A stretch of DNA of 64,000 nucleotides. Source: Malacoraja senta (lineage: Eukaryota). The stretch lies in assembly GCA_038087875.1 (NCBI GenBank), contig CM075978.1:51212001-51276000 (forward strand), given 5' to 3'. The notes under the pieces were generated by a model. It was not told the DNA's origin. It was given only the letters and a program-made list of their open reading frames with translations, and ran no database searches. A program made the translations under genes and the position numbers. The first letter of the stretch is position 1. Every line of letters starts with the position of its first letter. This document shows, piece after piece, positions 29,970 through 45,180 of this stretch.

Positions 29970-31532
29970 AGAACCAGCCAATTTCCATCTACTAATACTC
30001 TCCTCCGCCTAGCAGAGCTGCTCCTTACCCTCAACCACTTCTCCATCGACTTCTCCCACTTCCTCCAAATCTAAGGCATAGCTATGGGCAATTGCACGGG
30101 CCCCAGCTGTGCCTGCCTCTTTGTGGGGTACATCGAAGAATCACTGTTCCAGGCGTACACTGGCCCTATCCCGAACTCTACCTCCGCTACATTGACGACT
30201 GCATCGATGCTACCTCCTGCACCCATGCAGAACTAACTCATCAGGACAGGCAGCATCTGTCCTGTCCCGCTGAGCTACTCCAGCATTTTGTGTCTACCTT
30301 CGATTTAAACCAGCGTCTGCAGTTCTTTCCTACCCATGCAGAACTCACTTACTTCATCAACTTCACGACTAATTTCCATCCTGCATTCAAATTCACTTGG
30401 ACCATCTCCGACATCTCCCTACCGTTTCTGTATCTCACCGTCTCCATCACAGGAGACAAACTATTGATCGACATCTACTACAAACCTACTGACTCCCATA
30501 GCTATCTAGACTACACTTCTTCCCACCCTGCTTCATGTAAAGACTCTATGCCCTACTCCCAATTCCTCCGTTTACGCTGCATCTGTGCCCAGGATGAGGT
30601 TTTCCATAGTAGATTATCGGAGATGTCCTCATTCGTTAGGAATCGGGGGTTCCCCTCTTCCATTATAGATGAGGCTCTCACTAGGGTCTCCTCGATATTC
30701 CGCAGCTCCGTTCTTACTCCCCCTCCCCCCTTTTCGCAGAGTCCCCCTTGTCCTCACCTTCCACCCCATCAGCCGTCGCATACAGCATATAATCCTTCAA
30801 CACTTTTGCCACCTCCAACGGGATCCCACTACTGGCTACATCTTCCCATCTCCACCCCTTTCTGCTTTCCGCAGAGACTGTTCCCTCTGTAACTCCCTGG
30901 TCAACTCGTCCCTTCCCACCCAAACCACCCCTTCCCCAAGTACTTTCACCTGCAACTGCAGGAGATGCAACACCTGTCCTTTTACTTCCCCCCTCGACTC
31001 CATCAAAGGACCCCGACAATCTTTTCAGATGAGGCAGAGGTTCACTTGCACCTCCTCCAACCTCATCTGCTGTTCCAGGTGTCAACTTCAGTACATCGGC
31101 GAGACCAAGCGCAGGCTCGGCAATCGTTTCGCTGAACACCTCCTCTCAGTCCGCCTTAACCTACCTGATCTCCCGGTTGCTCAGCCCTTTAACTCCTGTT
31201 CCCATTCCCAATCTGACCTTTCTGTCTCCTCCATTGTCAAAGTGAGGCCCAGCGCGAATTGGAGGAACAGCACCTCATATTTCTCTTGGGTAGTTTACAC
31301 CCCAGCGGTATGAACATCGACTTCTCTAACTTCAAATAGCCCTAGCTTTCCCTCTCTCTCCATCCCCTCCCCTTCCCTGTACTCCCAGCTCTCCAACTAA
31401 ATTCTATCTCTGTCCCGCCCACTCCCCTGACATCAGTCTGAAGGAGGGTGTCGACCCGAAACGTCACCCATCCCTTATCTCCAGAGATGCTGCCTGTCCC
31501 ACTGAGTTACTCCAGCATTTTGTATCTACCTT
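29970..31532 (+). mobile_element. 5'-truncated Penelope-like element (Neptune type), frameshifted
   Basis: GIAMG...YLRYIDDC (RT), LPFL, YYKPTDSHSYLDY, CNCRRCNTC linker, YIGETKRRLGNRFAEHL (GIY-YIG); 3' UTR with hammerhead motif. Confidence 0.93.
31436..31469 (+). ncRNA. Minimal hammerhead motif, core A9>G variant
   Basis: GT-CTGAAGG-A-GGGT-GTCG-ACCC-GAAA-CGTC-ACCC. Confidence 0.55.
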
Positions 31533-32602
31533 TAAAGAACAAGGTAGTGGGTACATGCTTTTTGAAGATCACCAACTTTGTGTATTTTGAACTAGTCTGG
31601 CAGCTGTCCCTGTCGCAAAGGGAACCAACTTGTCGAAACCAACCGCCTATTTTATCGCATACACGCTCATTTTACCAACCCCCCAATTTTACCCAGTATT
31701 TCATTAGAGCATACCAATGCCTCAGTCGACGTCTGAGAATTTCCGCATCATCCATGCCTGCTAACTGGCATGGTTGCTAGCTGGGATTGAACACTGTCTG
31801 TTATTTCCATCAGTCTGTCCCCAAAACAACAGCAGCAACAGAAATATTGTCACCAGACCAGAGGTCTCAAAGAATCACAGAACTCAGATACCATAATTGA
31901 CAGTCTAGATGTTCATGCATCAATTTAAGTTCATCATATAATTTAACAATAGGTCTTAATTTTTCATATTATTCACAGTGACACTTTGCAACAAGGGTCC
32001 ATCTTTTGCTGTGTTATTATTGCAAATTATTGACGATCTTGTGTATACATTTATGCGCCTCTCTGGCTGTAGCTCTTTAGTTTCCCTATTGTTTTCCAAG
32101 CATACAAAAGCCCAGAATTTGGAAGCATTTCTCTTATCAAATATATACCATGCTAATTACTATGCCCTTGCACATATTAATGATTCATGCATTTAGAACA
32201 CTGAGCACCTATAGCCATCTGTGGATTCTGCTCATGTCTGGAAGCCCTCGTGCACTCCATGGTAAAAATAGAAGAAAGCTGGAAGTACCCTGCAGGTTAA
32301 GCAGCACCTGGGAGAGAAGCAAAACAAAATCTTTCGAAGCAAGATCTTTCATCTGTAACATTAACTCTCTTTGTCGAACTAAGTATTACTAGTACTTTGA
32401 GATTTTAGTTCAACTTTCCAGAATCTACAGTATTTTGCTTTTGTGCATTTTCTTGTGTTGGGCACAGTGTGATTACAACCTGATGATATGGTTAAAGTCT
32501 TATTGGCTTTGCATTCTGTGGGCAGAGTAATGTTTAAGAACAGTACTGCAGAATAACCTTTGTCTTCAGTTAAATGACATTCAATCTTTTGCTTTCTTGT
32601 AG

Positions 32603-32872
<270 letters not shown>

Positions 32873-33851
32873 TAAAGATTCAATTAATTGATCTATAAAC
32901 TGGTCCTTTCAACAATTAAAAATATGCATTTTGTTTATATTTTGTGAATTAATCCGATTGGCAACACGTTCACCAGTATGAAATGTTGTTGATTAAGTGC
33001 ACACTTTTTATATCGTTTATTTTCAGAAATTTTAAGGATTTATGGCGAACAAAAATAACTTGCATAAAAAACGCTCCTCTTTAAAGCATGGAATTGTATT
33101 GTTCCCAAAGGGGACATTATAAAACTGAATATTGATCTATGAAAGCTTAAATGATTGTTTTTCTCTAGCTTGTATGCCTCACACACGTTTCCACGTCATA
33201 AGCTGTTTTAATATTGACACAAATTGCATAATGCACTCCATCAATTAATAGATGGCATACATAGAATGGCCTCATATATGATATATCAATTAAAATGTTC
33301 CAGTTTAATCTTATTACTTTTATTATGGTATTTCAGAGGGTTTGTGTTCCTAAAGAATTGTCCTACCACAATTTTCCATAATGCAAACAACCTTTGTATT
33401 TCTCTGGGATGTTTTCTATCATGTTAAAACATTTTATTTGCATTATCAACATGACCAACCACAGTTCTTTAAAAACTGAGGCTAACATTAGACTTGGGAA
33501 TGGACGAGACTCCTGGATAAGGAAAGGGCTTAGTAAGTGGGTATATTGCATAAAGGATGGGATTGGAGGACTCGAGTTCATGGGTGAAAGGTGCTGTACA
33601 AGGAGTTCAAGAGGTGTGGGGGGCTAGGGCTAGTGGGTTAAAATGCCTTGACTTAGTAGAAGTGGAGAATAGACTGAGGGATTAGATGATGGAGCCAATG
33701 TAAAAGCTGGCTGAGGCAGCCCTTCACAAAAATGTCAGCAATAATGTCTCTCAGATAAAATGTTGGGGCAGCGCTGCATGATGCTGTCTGTTCACACACA
33801 CACATACACACACATATTTTATATATATCTATATATCTATATCTATATCTA

Positions 33852-34352
33852 TCTTCTATATAATATTAAAACTCTGTGTGTGGTGGCTGGCTGGCTGCCT
33901 GCTTGACTTGTGCCAGCCAGCCCCTTTGATACCGCGCTACGCCAACGCCGATATTTTTTTCAATTTCGGTAGAGATTTCATTTTTCTTTACGATTAGCCA
34001 CTCCTGATTACATATCGTTGTATTTATGTACACATTTTAAAATAAAATCCATCTCTTCCCCCCCCCCCCCCCACTCATTTTGTCTCCTCCTGCTGGTCAG
34101 CCACCATAACGGCTGCTGTCGACCGCCTCTGCTCCGAAAACGACGCCATCTTTTTTAGCTAGCGATTTTCACCCCGGGCTATGAATCACGTTCGGACTCT
34201 AAAACCCCGGGTTCTGAAGCACGTTCAGTTTCCAGGGGGCTGAAGCACGTTCTGAATTTTCACCCCGGGGTCTGAAACACGTTCGGGATGTCACACCCCG
34301 GGGTCTTAAGCACGTTCGGTGTCCAGACCCAACGGGTCTGCACTTGGTCTAG
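33852..34352 (+). mobile_element. Non-autonomous Helitron
   Basis: A|TC 5' end; 3' hairpin CAGACCC-AAC-GGGTCTG (34324..34340) 8 nt before CTAG|T; no TSD; internal approx. 31-nt tandem repeats at about 34166..34320. Confidence 0.8.
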
Positions 34353-35629
34353 TAATATATACAATTATTCATCTATTTATGCTCAGATATCTACACCTTC
34401 CAAGTCCTCCCAGCCCTGTGTCTTTTATTTTAATGTAAAATTGTTTGTGATGAGTTTCAGGAGCTATTATCTTGAGCAACTCAGTTTATGTAGAATACAC
34501 TGGAGCACAATGCTACTCACTCGGAGAAAGGGAGACTGATGCTACTCACTAGGAACAGGCAGTCAATGTAAAAGGCCCCCTAACTGAGGAGGTAATATCT
34601 GAGTAAAATTTAAAGTAATGGATGAAATTCAAATATTCATCATAAATGCAGAAGATAGACTTGCATTACCACTTGGTGCTTGACTTTTTTTTTGTCAGTA
34701 TAGAATTGAATAGTAACCAGATGTTATGTTTGAAATGGGTCATTTGTTTAGGTACAGCTTAATTCCCTATATATTCTAATAAGAAACCTGCTGGTTTACA
34801 GGAACATATAGACTGAGGTTGCCGCTTTGTAGCCACGGTTCTTAGTGACCATTACAGGAATAGGAAATGTAAGTACTTTAGACAAAAGCTGTAGTGAGTA
34901 TATCCAGTTATTGTAAAATTCCTTAATAGCTATTGTTTAGGAATGTTTTTAATGTATGTAAACCTTGGAGGTTTATTGACATTATTAAATAGATTTTCTT
35001 TCGTGCTGAACTGAACCCTGTTAATAAGACGCAAAATGTTGGTCTTTTCACTATCTTCTCATATTATGAGATTTGATTTGTTGCTCCTGAGTTAAACTAA
35101 ACTGAAATTGATTTTTTTTTTCTAAGGCAGGTTAGAAGTCAGTAATTGTCATTTGAAAGGTTCAAATCATTGTAAACATGAAGTTAAAAGTATTTACCAT
35201 AACCGAGTTGCAGTTATATGCCATTCAGCAATTCATCCATAAGCGTTCTTTTTCCTGGATCACAATGACTATGAAGAAAGAAAAATGAAGTCAGGAATTT
35301 AGGGAAATGTGTTGAAATTGCTGGTGGTACCAAATTTATGTGATGGGGGTAATAGAGGGGGAAGGTGTAGTTATGTAACCGTGAATCTTGGCCATACTGC
35401 AGAAGGACTTCGATAAAACTAGCAGTATGAGAGAAAAAAATAAATAAAACCTGCACGAGCTCAATGGGTCAGGCAGCATATGTGGAGGAAATGGTAGATG
35501 CGATATATGGTTGGGACCTTTCACCCTGGTATGTCAGAAGGGTTGCGGAAGTAGTTCAATAAATAAAATATGAGAGGAAAGGAGGGAAAAAAGTGCACAT
35601 TCGAGGGTCATTTTTTAAAGATGGGTAGA

Positions 35630-35860
35630 TTTGGAGAGAGACCTCCCACTACTGTTTCTAGTAGTGGGAGAGTCTAAGAACGGAGGGCATAGCTTCAGAA
35701 TAAAAGGGTGAACATTTAGAATGGAGATAAGGAGGAATTTCCTTAAGGAGTGAATCTGTGGAATTATTGCCAAAGATGACTGGAGGGCAAATCATTGAAT
35801 ATTTTTAAAGCTGTGATTGATAGGTCCTTGAGTAGTAAGGCCAACAAAGGTTATGGGGGA
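35630..35860 (+). mobile_element. CR1 LINE 3' fragment
   Basis: GESKNGGHSFRIK...FRMEIRRNF...VNLWN-type end of ORF2. Confidence 0.65.
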
Positions 35861-36781
35861 GAAGACCTGATCTTACAATGTTGATAGTAAAAAGTAGAGT
35901 CATTACATCATAAGAAGGCATAAAATCTTTGATTTTCTATTGATAAACATTAAGGATAAAAGTACGGAAATAATGTTCCCCTCCAAATTATTACCGTGCT
36001 GTTGGGGTGACATTTTGTGCCATGTGCTCCAAAATGGGAAAGGCGACAGTACTGCATAGAATCATCTCCCGCATGGGTATTCAGTTTGAAGGATTAAATT
36101 ATGAAGAAAGACACGAATTTTAGCATTTTTAAACTGAAGAAGAGAAGCTAAGGATGACTCATTTTTTAATGTTTCAGTTTTATGAAGGATGAAGCCAAGA
36201 TTGTGACCACAGTGAGAAGAAATCTGGTGTGTGCAAGATGATAGCATAGCAAAATGATACAAATATAGACTAGAAAATAATTGTTTTATATAGTGACTGA
36301 TTGGAACAATGACCTCGACAACAAATATTATTGAATTAGAGTAATTTATTCTATTAAAGGAATTAAATGATTGTTTAAAAAGCATATATTTTAAAGCAAT
36401 ATTGAAAGGAAGAATTGCGAAGAGTAGAATTGGAGAAGAATAGTAGCATAGATTCAAGAAGTGAAATGAAATAGATCCAGTGTCAGTAATTGTGACTCCT
36501 TTATGATCAAAATGACTTAATCTGGGTAGTATTACAATTATTAGTGACACTCTGGTATCTGATGCCATTGTGCTGAAGATGAATCTATGTATGCTATTTG
36601 GACCAAAGCCCAAAAAGTTTACCGACACTGGTTAACTTCAGCTGCAAGATCTGAAATTATTTGTTTTTCCCCTGGTTACTTTGCGGGTATATGGAATGCC
36701 TTGCACTCTGTCCATTGTTGTCTAATATCTATAATCAATTTCAATTATGTGTTACTGATACGTACGTTTCTCTGTTACTGA

Positions 36782-37006
<225 letters not shown>

Positions 37007-37866
37007 TGAGCAACTCCATATGTAGTTTTCATTGGTCTGATGTTTTCAAATACGTCTTTAAATTGACAAAACCCATTGCAATTATTTGGAATTCTATATT
37101 GGTGTCAGCTCTCTCTTCAGTCCCCTGTTCCCCATGTAGTCGTGCTGAGAACCCAAATGGAACACTCATCCCATGGTTATAAAACATATTCCCATCAATC
37201 ACTTATCTCACCTATTCTTAACTATAGAGAGGATCTTTTCTTTAATCATTAATTTAGGTAGGGAATGCCAAAGTGTCTGTATCCACTTTGTCACATCGTT
37301 CTTTCTGCTCTGTGTCCTGAATTTCCTCGTTGTATTTTATATGTCCCTCTGCTGTGTCCTATTTCATGATTTAAAATTTCTCTATTAACATAAACACCGA
37401 TGGTCCTCCAGTTTAACAAAAGCAAGAGGATGGGCACCTAATTTTTAGAAGAACTCCCTTCTTTGAGTAATGCATTGGGATCTTTTTCAATTACCTGAAC
37501 AGGAAAAACTTGTTTTGGTTAATATTGGGTACTTTTTTTTGCAACTTTTGCATTTCTGTACTGAAGTATTGCCCTAGATTTTGGTTCCTTGGGCTTCATT
37601 TGAACACCACAGTGAATGAGATTATTGTCTAAATGCTGCTAAGGTGAAAGGAAATGGCACAATTTTTGTAGTGGGAGGAAGGTAGTAATTTGACAATACT
37701 TGAAATATAATGTAATAAGTATTCTGTAAGTATGGCTGTTCCCTTCACTTGATTCCCTTCACATGGTTAAGCGGGACTTTGAATATGTTGCTTTTGACTT
37801 TAAATATATTGAGTTTAAGTGAAAGTTCGTATGAGTTTGAAACAAAGTAGCCATTGTAACTTTTAG

Positions 37867-38022
<156 letters not shown>

Positions 38023-39157
38023 TAATTTTGTTATTGAAGGTATTTCAATCTGATGGAGGTAATTAGACTCACTAGCAACTGTTCTAGAGTTAGCACTTAA
38101 ACTTCAGGATAATCCTGTGACATGTGCTTAAACCAGCGCTGAATAAAATTCTCAACATTGCCAAATTAAGAGGATTTTAGTGATGCAAGTTGATTTCAAA
38201 GACTGAGGCATTATGACTACTTTTCAATAGGATCTTTCAAGATGCCAGACAAAACAGACTTTAATCAATTTGGATTAGATTTATCCAAATTGCAGAGGTA
38301 AAATAACACTATTGATTCCACACAGACCTACAGACCACACAGAGTCTGGAGCATTCTTATCATTTCTCCCATCCAAAGAATTCCATGAGAATTGGAAGGG
38401 AAAATACTCTTATTTTAACAAGATGCTACATGCAAAATCATTCACAAGGTGTGCTTGCATCGAGCATGCCCTGTTGATTTTACTTCATTGTTTATGCAGG
38501 CCTTATGTTGACAAAGTGCAGTCATCAAATTGAGTACTACGAAATTGCAATATGGGATGGATCCAGCAGCTCAAATCTGGGCATCCACACGATAATGAAT
38601 CTGGTGGTGTGGGACTTCAGGCTTCTGTCCCACCTGTCCAATTATAACAGTGAAAAGTGGGAATCCTCAATAGGTGCTCCCTTCTTGAGGCAGTGGCTCA
38701 TGTAGATGCTTATGATGGAGGGGGAGGACTGTGCATGTAATAGTGGGCTGAATCCACCACTCTCTGTACCCTCTTGTGATTCTGTGCATCGGATCTGGAA
38801 AAAATTGGGTTGCAAGGAGACAACTGGATAATTTTAATAGAGCTAGAAGAAAAATAGAAGTTTTAAGAGAGAGATAGTTTAGAGAACTTTTTCAAACCGC
38901 AGAAGTAGAGCAAAAGATTTAGACTAGTGAAAAACAAACTTTGTATTGATCTCAACATGTTCATCAAGAAAATAAACTGGATTCCTAAATGTGCAAGTTT
39001 CAAAGATTCTGTGACATTTTGTTGCATCTGTTTTCTATTTTGTTTGAAGAAATAAAGGTCTGATGATTTTGCCTAACTGGGATGGTGTTAAATTTACATT
39101 GAATCTTGAGGCCTTGATGCCTTCCATAATATAGCAAATCATGCCACTGAGGCTTGA

Positions 39158-39394
<237 letters not shown>

Positions 39395-41731
39395 TAAGTG
39401 AATTAAGCGTTTACTTTAAGTTCAAATAATGTCAGTAGAAAACTAAAGGAAAGCAAATACTTAGCAATCTGTGTATTTGAGGACAACATCTGTGGAAAGA
39501 GCTATTCTTTCAGATCTTAGACCCTTACAACATTTGCAGGTTTTTATTGGATTTTCAGCAGCTTGGATACTTTTGGTTGTTCTTCCTTTGTTCAGAAGAT
39601 GAAGGGTTAATCTAACCAAGTTCATTTAAAATCATATGAAAAGTTTCTCATTATGTACCTTGCCCGGATATCTCAATCAAGTGACTCTTTAGCCTTCTCC
39701 ACTCCCAAGAAAAACAAACCAGCCCATCCAAACTTTCCCCATCTCTGAGATGTTTCATCTGTGGGCAACATCTTGGTGATTATACACTCTCTTCATTGCA
39801 ATCATATCACAGTTTTAATCACAGTTCTCCAGCTGTGGCTCAACTGATGTTTTATGTTCTTGTCCCAAATCTACCCTGTTCTCATGGTCTTTTTTTGTCT
39901 GTTGAAGGAAGTTGTCCGCATCTGACTCCTTAAACACTTATCTGCCTGTGCTGTTAGTGTCATGGATCCTTGTCCATGTACACCAAGCTATCTCTATCTG
40001 TACCATAGATTCTCTTATATGATCTTGTTAAAGGTGATGTGAGATTCAGGAGAGGAGGTACAGAGTGACCATTTCCTCTGGTAACTAGTTTAAGGGTGGA
40101 ATCACCTGATGGCTTTCAAACCATCTTCATTCAAAGTACATATCTGCAGACAAGGAGGGAAGCAAAAACTACTGTGGTTGAACATTCTGCTGGCATTCAC
40201 TTGGACGAGGCACAGGAGGGTGATCGGTGCCTACGGAATTGTCTTTGGAGGGAAGAATATTACATGCAGTCTCAAAAAGCAATGTTATTCAATTACAGAA
40301 GTAGTAGTTTAGAGTTGTTTTTCTGTACTTCTCTTTAATTTACTTCAAAGTAACAGTCAAATTGTATTTTCCAACAAGAAAGTTACACTTAGTTGCATGG
40401 CAGTGTCGTCACTTTTTAAAGAATGGTTTTGGGTGGATCATTGGAATACTCCCAGTATTCAGAAAGAAAGTTAAGTAAATATTAGAATTGAGCACAGCCA
40501 TAAAGTCAACAACATCGTGGAGGGAGATAGATTACATGCAGGCAGGGGAGATTAGTTTAATTTGGCATCATGTTCGGCAGGGGTATTGTTGGCCAAAGGT
40601 CCTGTTCTGTGTTTTACTGTTCTATGTTCTACAAGGTCAAAGATGTTAGCTCTGAAAAGTGCTTAAAATGCAAGTTCGCCACATGGAGAGTAGTAAACAT
40701 ATTTTACAAGAGGTCTGTTAAATTCCACTGCTCTGGAAGAAACTGCTGAGAAATATTGGAGGTTTGAGGATGCATGAACACCTGCAGCAACTTATCCAGT
40801 CTTTGAAAGTTAACTTCCTAATCTTTTAGTCATGTTATCCTAAAAGTTAATTGTTTATTGGCTAGCAGAACTACCTATGCCAAGAATGTGTAGATTGAAA
40901 CTCTGATCACTCATCATCATCCCCTCCCCCCAACCCCCCACCTCCGATTATTCAGAAATGTGATGTTTGTTACACCCCTTTTAACTCACTGGAGCCACAG
41001 TTCCTGCAGTCCCTTTACATTTACCTGGAAAATAAATAATAATATTCTGTAACATTGAAATAAAGAGAATTCAAAAGGTGTTGGGGTATTGATAAGAATA
41101 ATATACAATAGTATGAAAATCTGCTAGCTCGATACTACTAATATCCCGAATTGGCCAAATTATTGAAGTATTCCTGCATTACTATTTAGAAAGTGTGCTG
41201 ACAATACGGATGTTACAGCAAAACAATTGAAATGGAAATAATGTTATCCTCAAAATTTGGTGGTTGGATGAAAAGATATAACAGAAACACTGGACACACT
41301 TTCATTTTTTGCGTGCTTGTAAATTCATAGTTGACAGCTTTAGACAAAAACAATTGCATATGTTGCACAGGGAGATTCCCATAGTCTTAAAATATACATC
41401 AAGGGTTCCTGTCACTGGTGATTACCATCCAGTAATTGCTCTGTGGACATCAAGTAATGTTTGTAAGGGTAACATTTAGTAGGGGACTAAGATGTGTTGT
41501 GTAATGGGAATTAGTATTTCTGAGACACAGCATTGAACTGTAGCCTGCTGGCTTGGGAAAGTAAGTAATGTTCCCACAAGGAAGTCCTTTCATTGTTCAG
41601 GCAAACAATTGTCCCTGCTCCAAAAATACTGAAACAGATTATCTGGTTGTTACATTGTTTATGGGATTTTGTACTGCTAAATTTACCATTTTTGTTATAT
41701 TACATTGCATCAGTGACTCCACAAGGACTTA

Positions 41732-42047
41732 AAGCCCTGTCCCACTGTACGAGTTCATTCAAAAGCTCTCCCGAGTTAAAAAAAAAATCTAAGTCGTGGT
41801 AAGCACATAGAATGAACGTAGCGGGTACGTCGGAGCTCGGGGACGTCTCTTAGCGGCTCTTAACGCTAACAGCAGGTCCTTGGGAAACGCGGTAAGCTCG
41901 GGAAGACTCGGGAAGAATTTTCAACGTTGAAAAATGTCCACGAGACCCCCGAGTACCTACGAGCGGCCATTACCGTAAATCTCCGAGTTCAAATCAGGGC
42001 AAACTCGGGAGAACTCTTGAATGAACTCGTACAGTGGGACAGGGATT
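41732..42047. mobile_element. PIF/Harbinger-type MITE
   Basis: About 46-bp TIRs (AAGCCCTGTCCCACTGTACGAGTTCATTCAA...) with TTA duplicated at 41729..41731 and 42048..42050; CpG-rich. Confidence 0.85.
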
Positions 42048-42564
42048 TTAATTGGCTATGAATCACTTTGGGACATTCAGAGATTGTGAGAAATACTTTA
42101 TAAAAGTGATTTCATGTTTTTTCTCTCTTCTTCGCTTCTCTGCTTGCCTTTCTTTCATGCCTTCATTTATACTGACTTCCACATGAAGAATGGCCAATTA
42201 AGCAATAGATTATCTTATCCTTAAGATCCAAAACCAAATGATAAATATAACTTAAGTTTTTTGCTAACCAGTTCTGATTGTCAAAATGCTTATGATTTCC
42301 TACAGTATTCCACCTGGAAGTTAAAGCTGAAATATATATATGCAAATAAATATGATTGAACATGTTATTAATTTGATGCGCAGATTTACTGATGCACATA
42401 CTCTCTTCTGCTTAACCAATTGCAACTTGAGACTAAAAGAAAAGCACAAGGGTAGAAAGCTGAATAGGGGCAATGTGGAGTGAACAATGGACCTTCTCAC
42501 AATGGAATTAATATCAAGGAAAAACTGAAATGAGGAAATGCCGTTATACTGTTGTTCATTTTGA

Positions 42565-42732
<168 letters not shown>

Positions 42733-43032
42733 TAGTTGCCAAATATATTTGCTTTGTTTTTGGGTTATATACAACACACTCAAACATCTTCTTTGGTTTC
42801 ATAACCTTCAGAGTAAAGAAAATTCACCTTAACACTCTTAAATAGTAATCCCTAATGTTAGTTTCTCAAACGAGGAGAAACATTCTCTTTACATACACTC
42901 TGTCTCCACACATCCTGTCAACACCAGTCAGGTTCTTGTATGTTTTAATAGTCTTCACTCTTGTAAACTGTAGTGGACACAAACCCAGCCTGTCCAACCT
43001 TTTCACATAAGACAACCCGCCCATTATAGTAA

Positions 43033-43260
<228 letters not shown>

Positions 43261-44804
43261 TAAGCTTTAAGAAGAGAAATGTTCTGTGGAATGGTCTATA
43301 TTCTGCTAATGGAAATTCCATCAGAACTAAATCATGCTTGTGAGGCAGAGTTTATTGCTATTGTATAATGCTGGTTTACAAAGTACTCACTGGGTCAGGT
43401 GGCATCTCTGGAGAGCATGGATAGGTGACATTTAGTATTGTGACCCTTCTTCACACTGATTCCTATGGTGCTTGATTCCTAACAGCTGCTCCATTCAAAA
43501 ATAGTGATCTGCTAGATTGAGCATGAAGAGTAAAACCAAAATCAGAGACATAACTTGTAATATTGAGGAATTATGTGTACTATATGGACACAGAATATTC
43601 CCCAGATCTCACCATTTAGGAGCATTGTTTTACCAAATTATTATATATTTTTAAATAACACTGCAGTGATCTGCAAACTAAGATGGAAATGCAGGGTTCT
43701 TCATATTTGGGTATGGAACATAATTACCACAACATCGCATAGGGTATGAATTAACTGTGCAACAGCCTTAATTCTTCACAAAGTGCAGCATTTCCCTGTA
43801 GAAATCAGGGATTATTGATATGTCAAGATCTGTAATTGACACTGCTGTCAATTGTCCGAAACAATTAATGTTTCGGATAGATGGTATTTTGCTTAGAGAA
43901 TGCATTTCATCTTAGATTTGGCAATTTTCATCATAGTTGCCCATTGGCTGCCATGTCCATTAATTAATAGTGCAGTTACCTTTTAATCAATGTAGTGTTT
44001 GTTAATATAGCGCTATTTGATTTATCTGATCCAGGGATTGAACAATTTATATCTTTAGGTGAACAATTGTTGTTAGTTTCTGTTTTTTACTGTTAAATCA
44101 AGATTACAGGAAAATGTCAAAGGAATATTTGCTTGGGAGATAAAAAGGAAAAACATGTTAGCTATTAATAATAGTCCAAGTAGTGTAACATGTTTATGAA
44201 TTTCAATGGATTACCCTAGCATTACAAAACCTGTAAAACACAAAATATTACGTGAGGAAAATAGTAACTCGGGCAGGATCTGCAGAAAGAAACTGTTATG
44301 TTTTTAATGTCTGTGATCTTTCATCAGATCTGAAAAAAAGTTAAATTAAATCAATTTTTAAGATGCATTGCAAGGGAAGGAATTCATCATGAATATCGAA
44401 GAGTAAGATAAAAAGGACAGATGCAGGACAGGCTAGAACACAAATTATTAAACTAAATGATTAAATGGATAACATTGTATGGTTCACCCTGTCACAACTC
44501 TCCTCTCAATTCTTAATGCATATTAAAACAGTTTAGTGTACACCTTGTCTAGTTCTGAGGAGAGGCCATTGACCACAAATGTTCACACAATTTCTCTATT
44601 CAAGTCCTGTCAGACTTGCCTGTTGTTTTTAGTGTATGCTACATTTATTTCAGATTACCAAATAATAGTTTTTGTTTCTGTGAAATTCAAACTCCTTTTC
44701 TGTGCCCCAAAACAGAATTCTATATGTAGAATAAACCCTAAATAATGCCAATACCCTTACATTAATATGAGTTTGTTAACATATCTTAATGTTTCACACA
44801 GTGA

Positions 44805-45059
<255 letters not shown>

Positions 45060-45180
45060 TGACTGTCCATATAGGTGCGATGAACAGTTCAGAGATTTTG
45101 TTGTTAATCTGTTATTTCTCAAATGTTGCTTGGCAGTAAAGTCAACCAAGCATATACCAAGTTACTGAAATATTGTGAAA

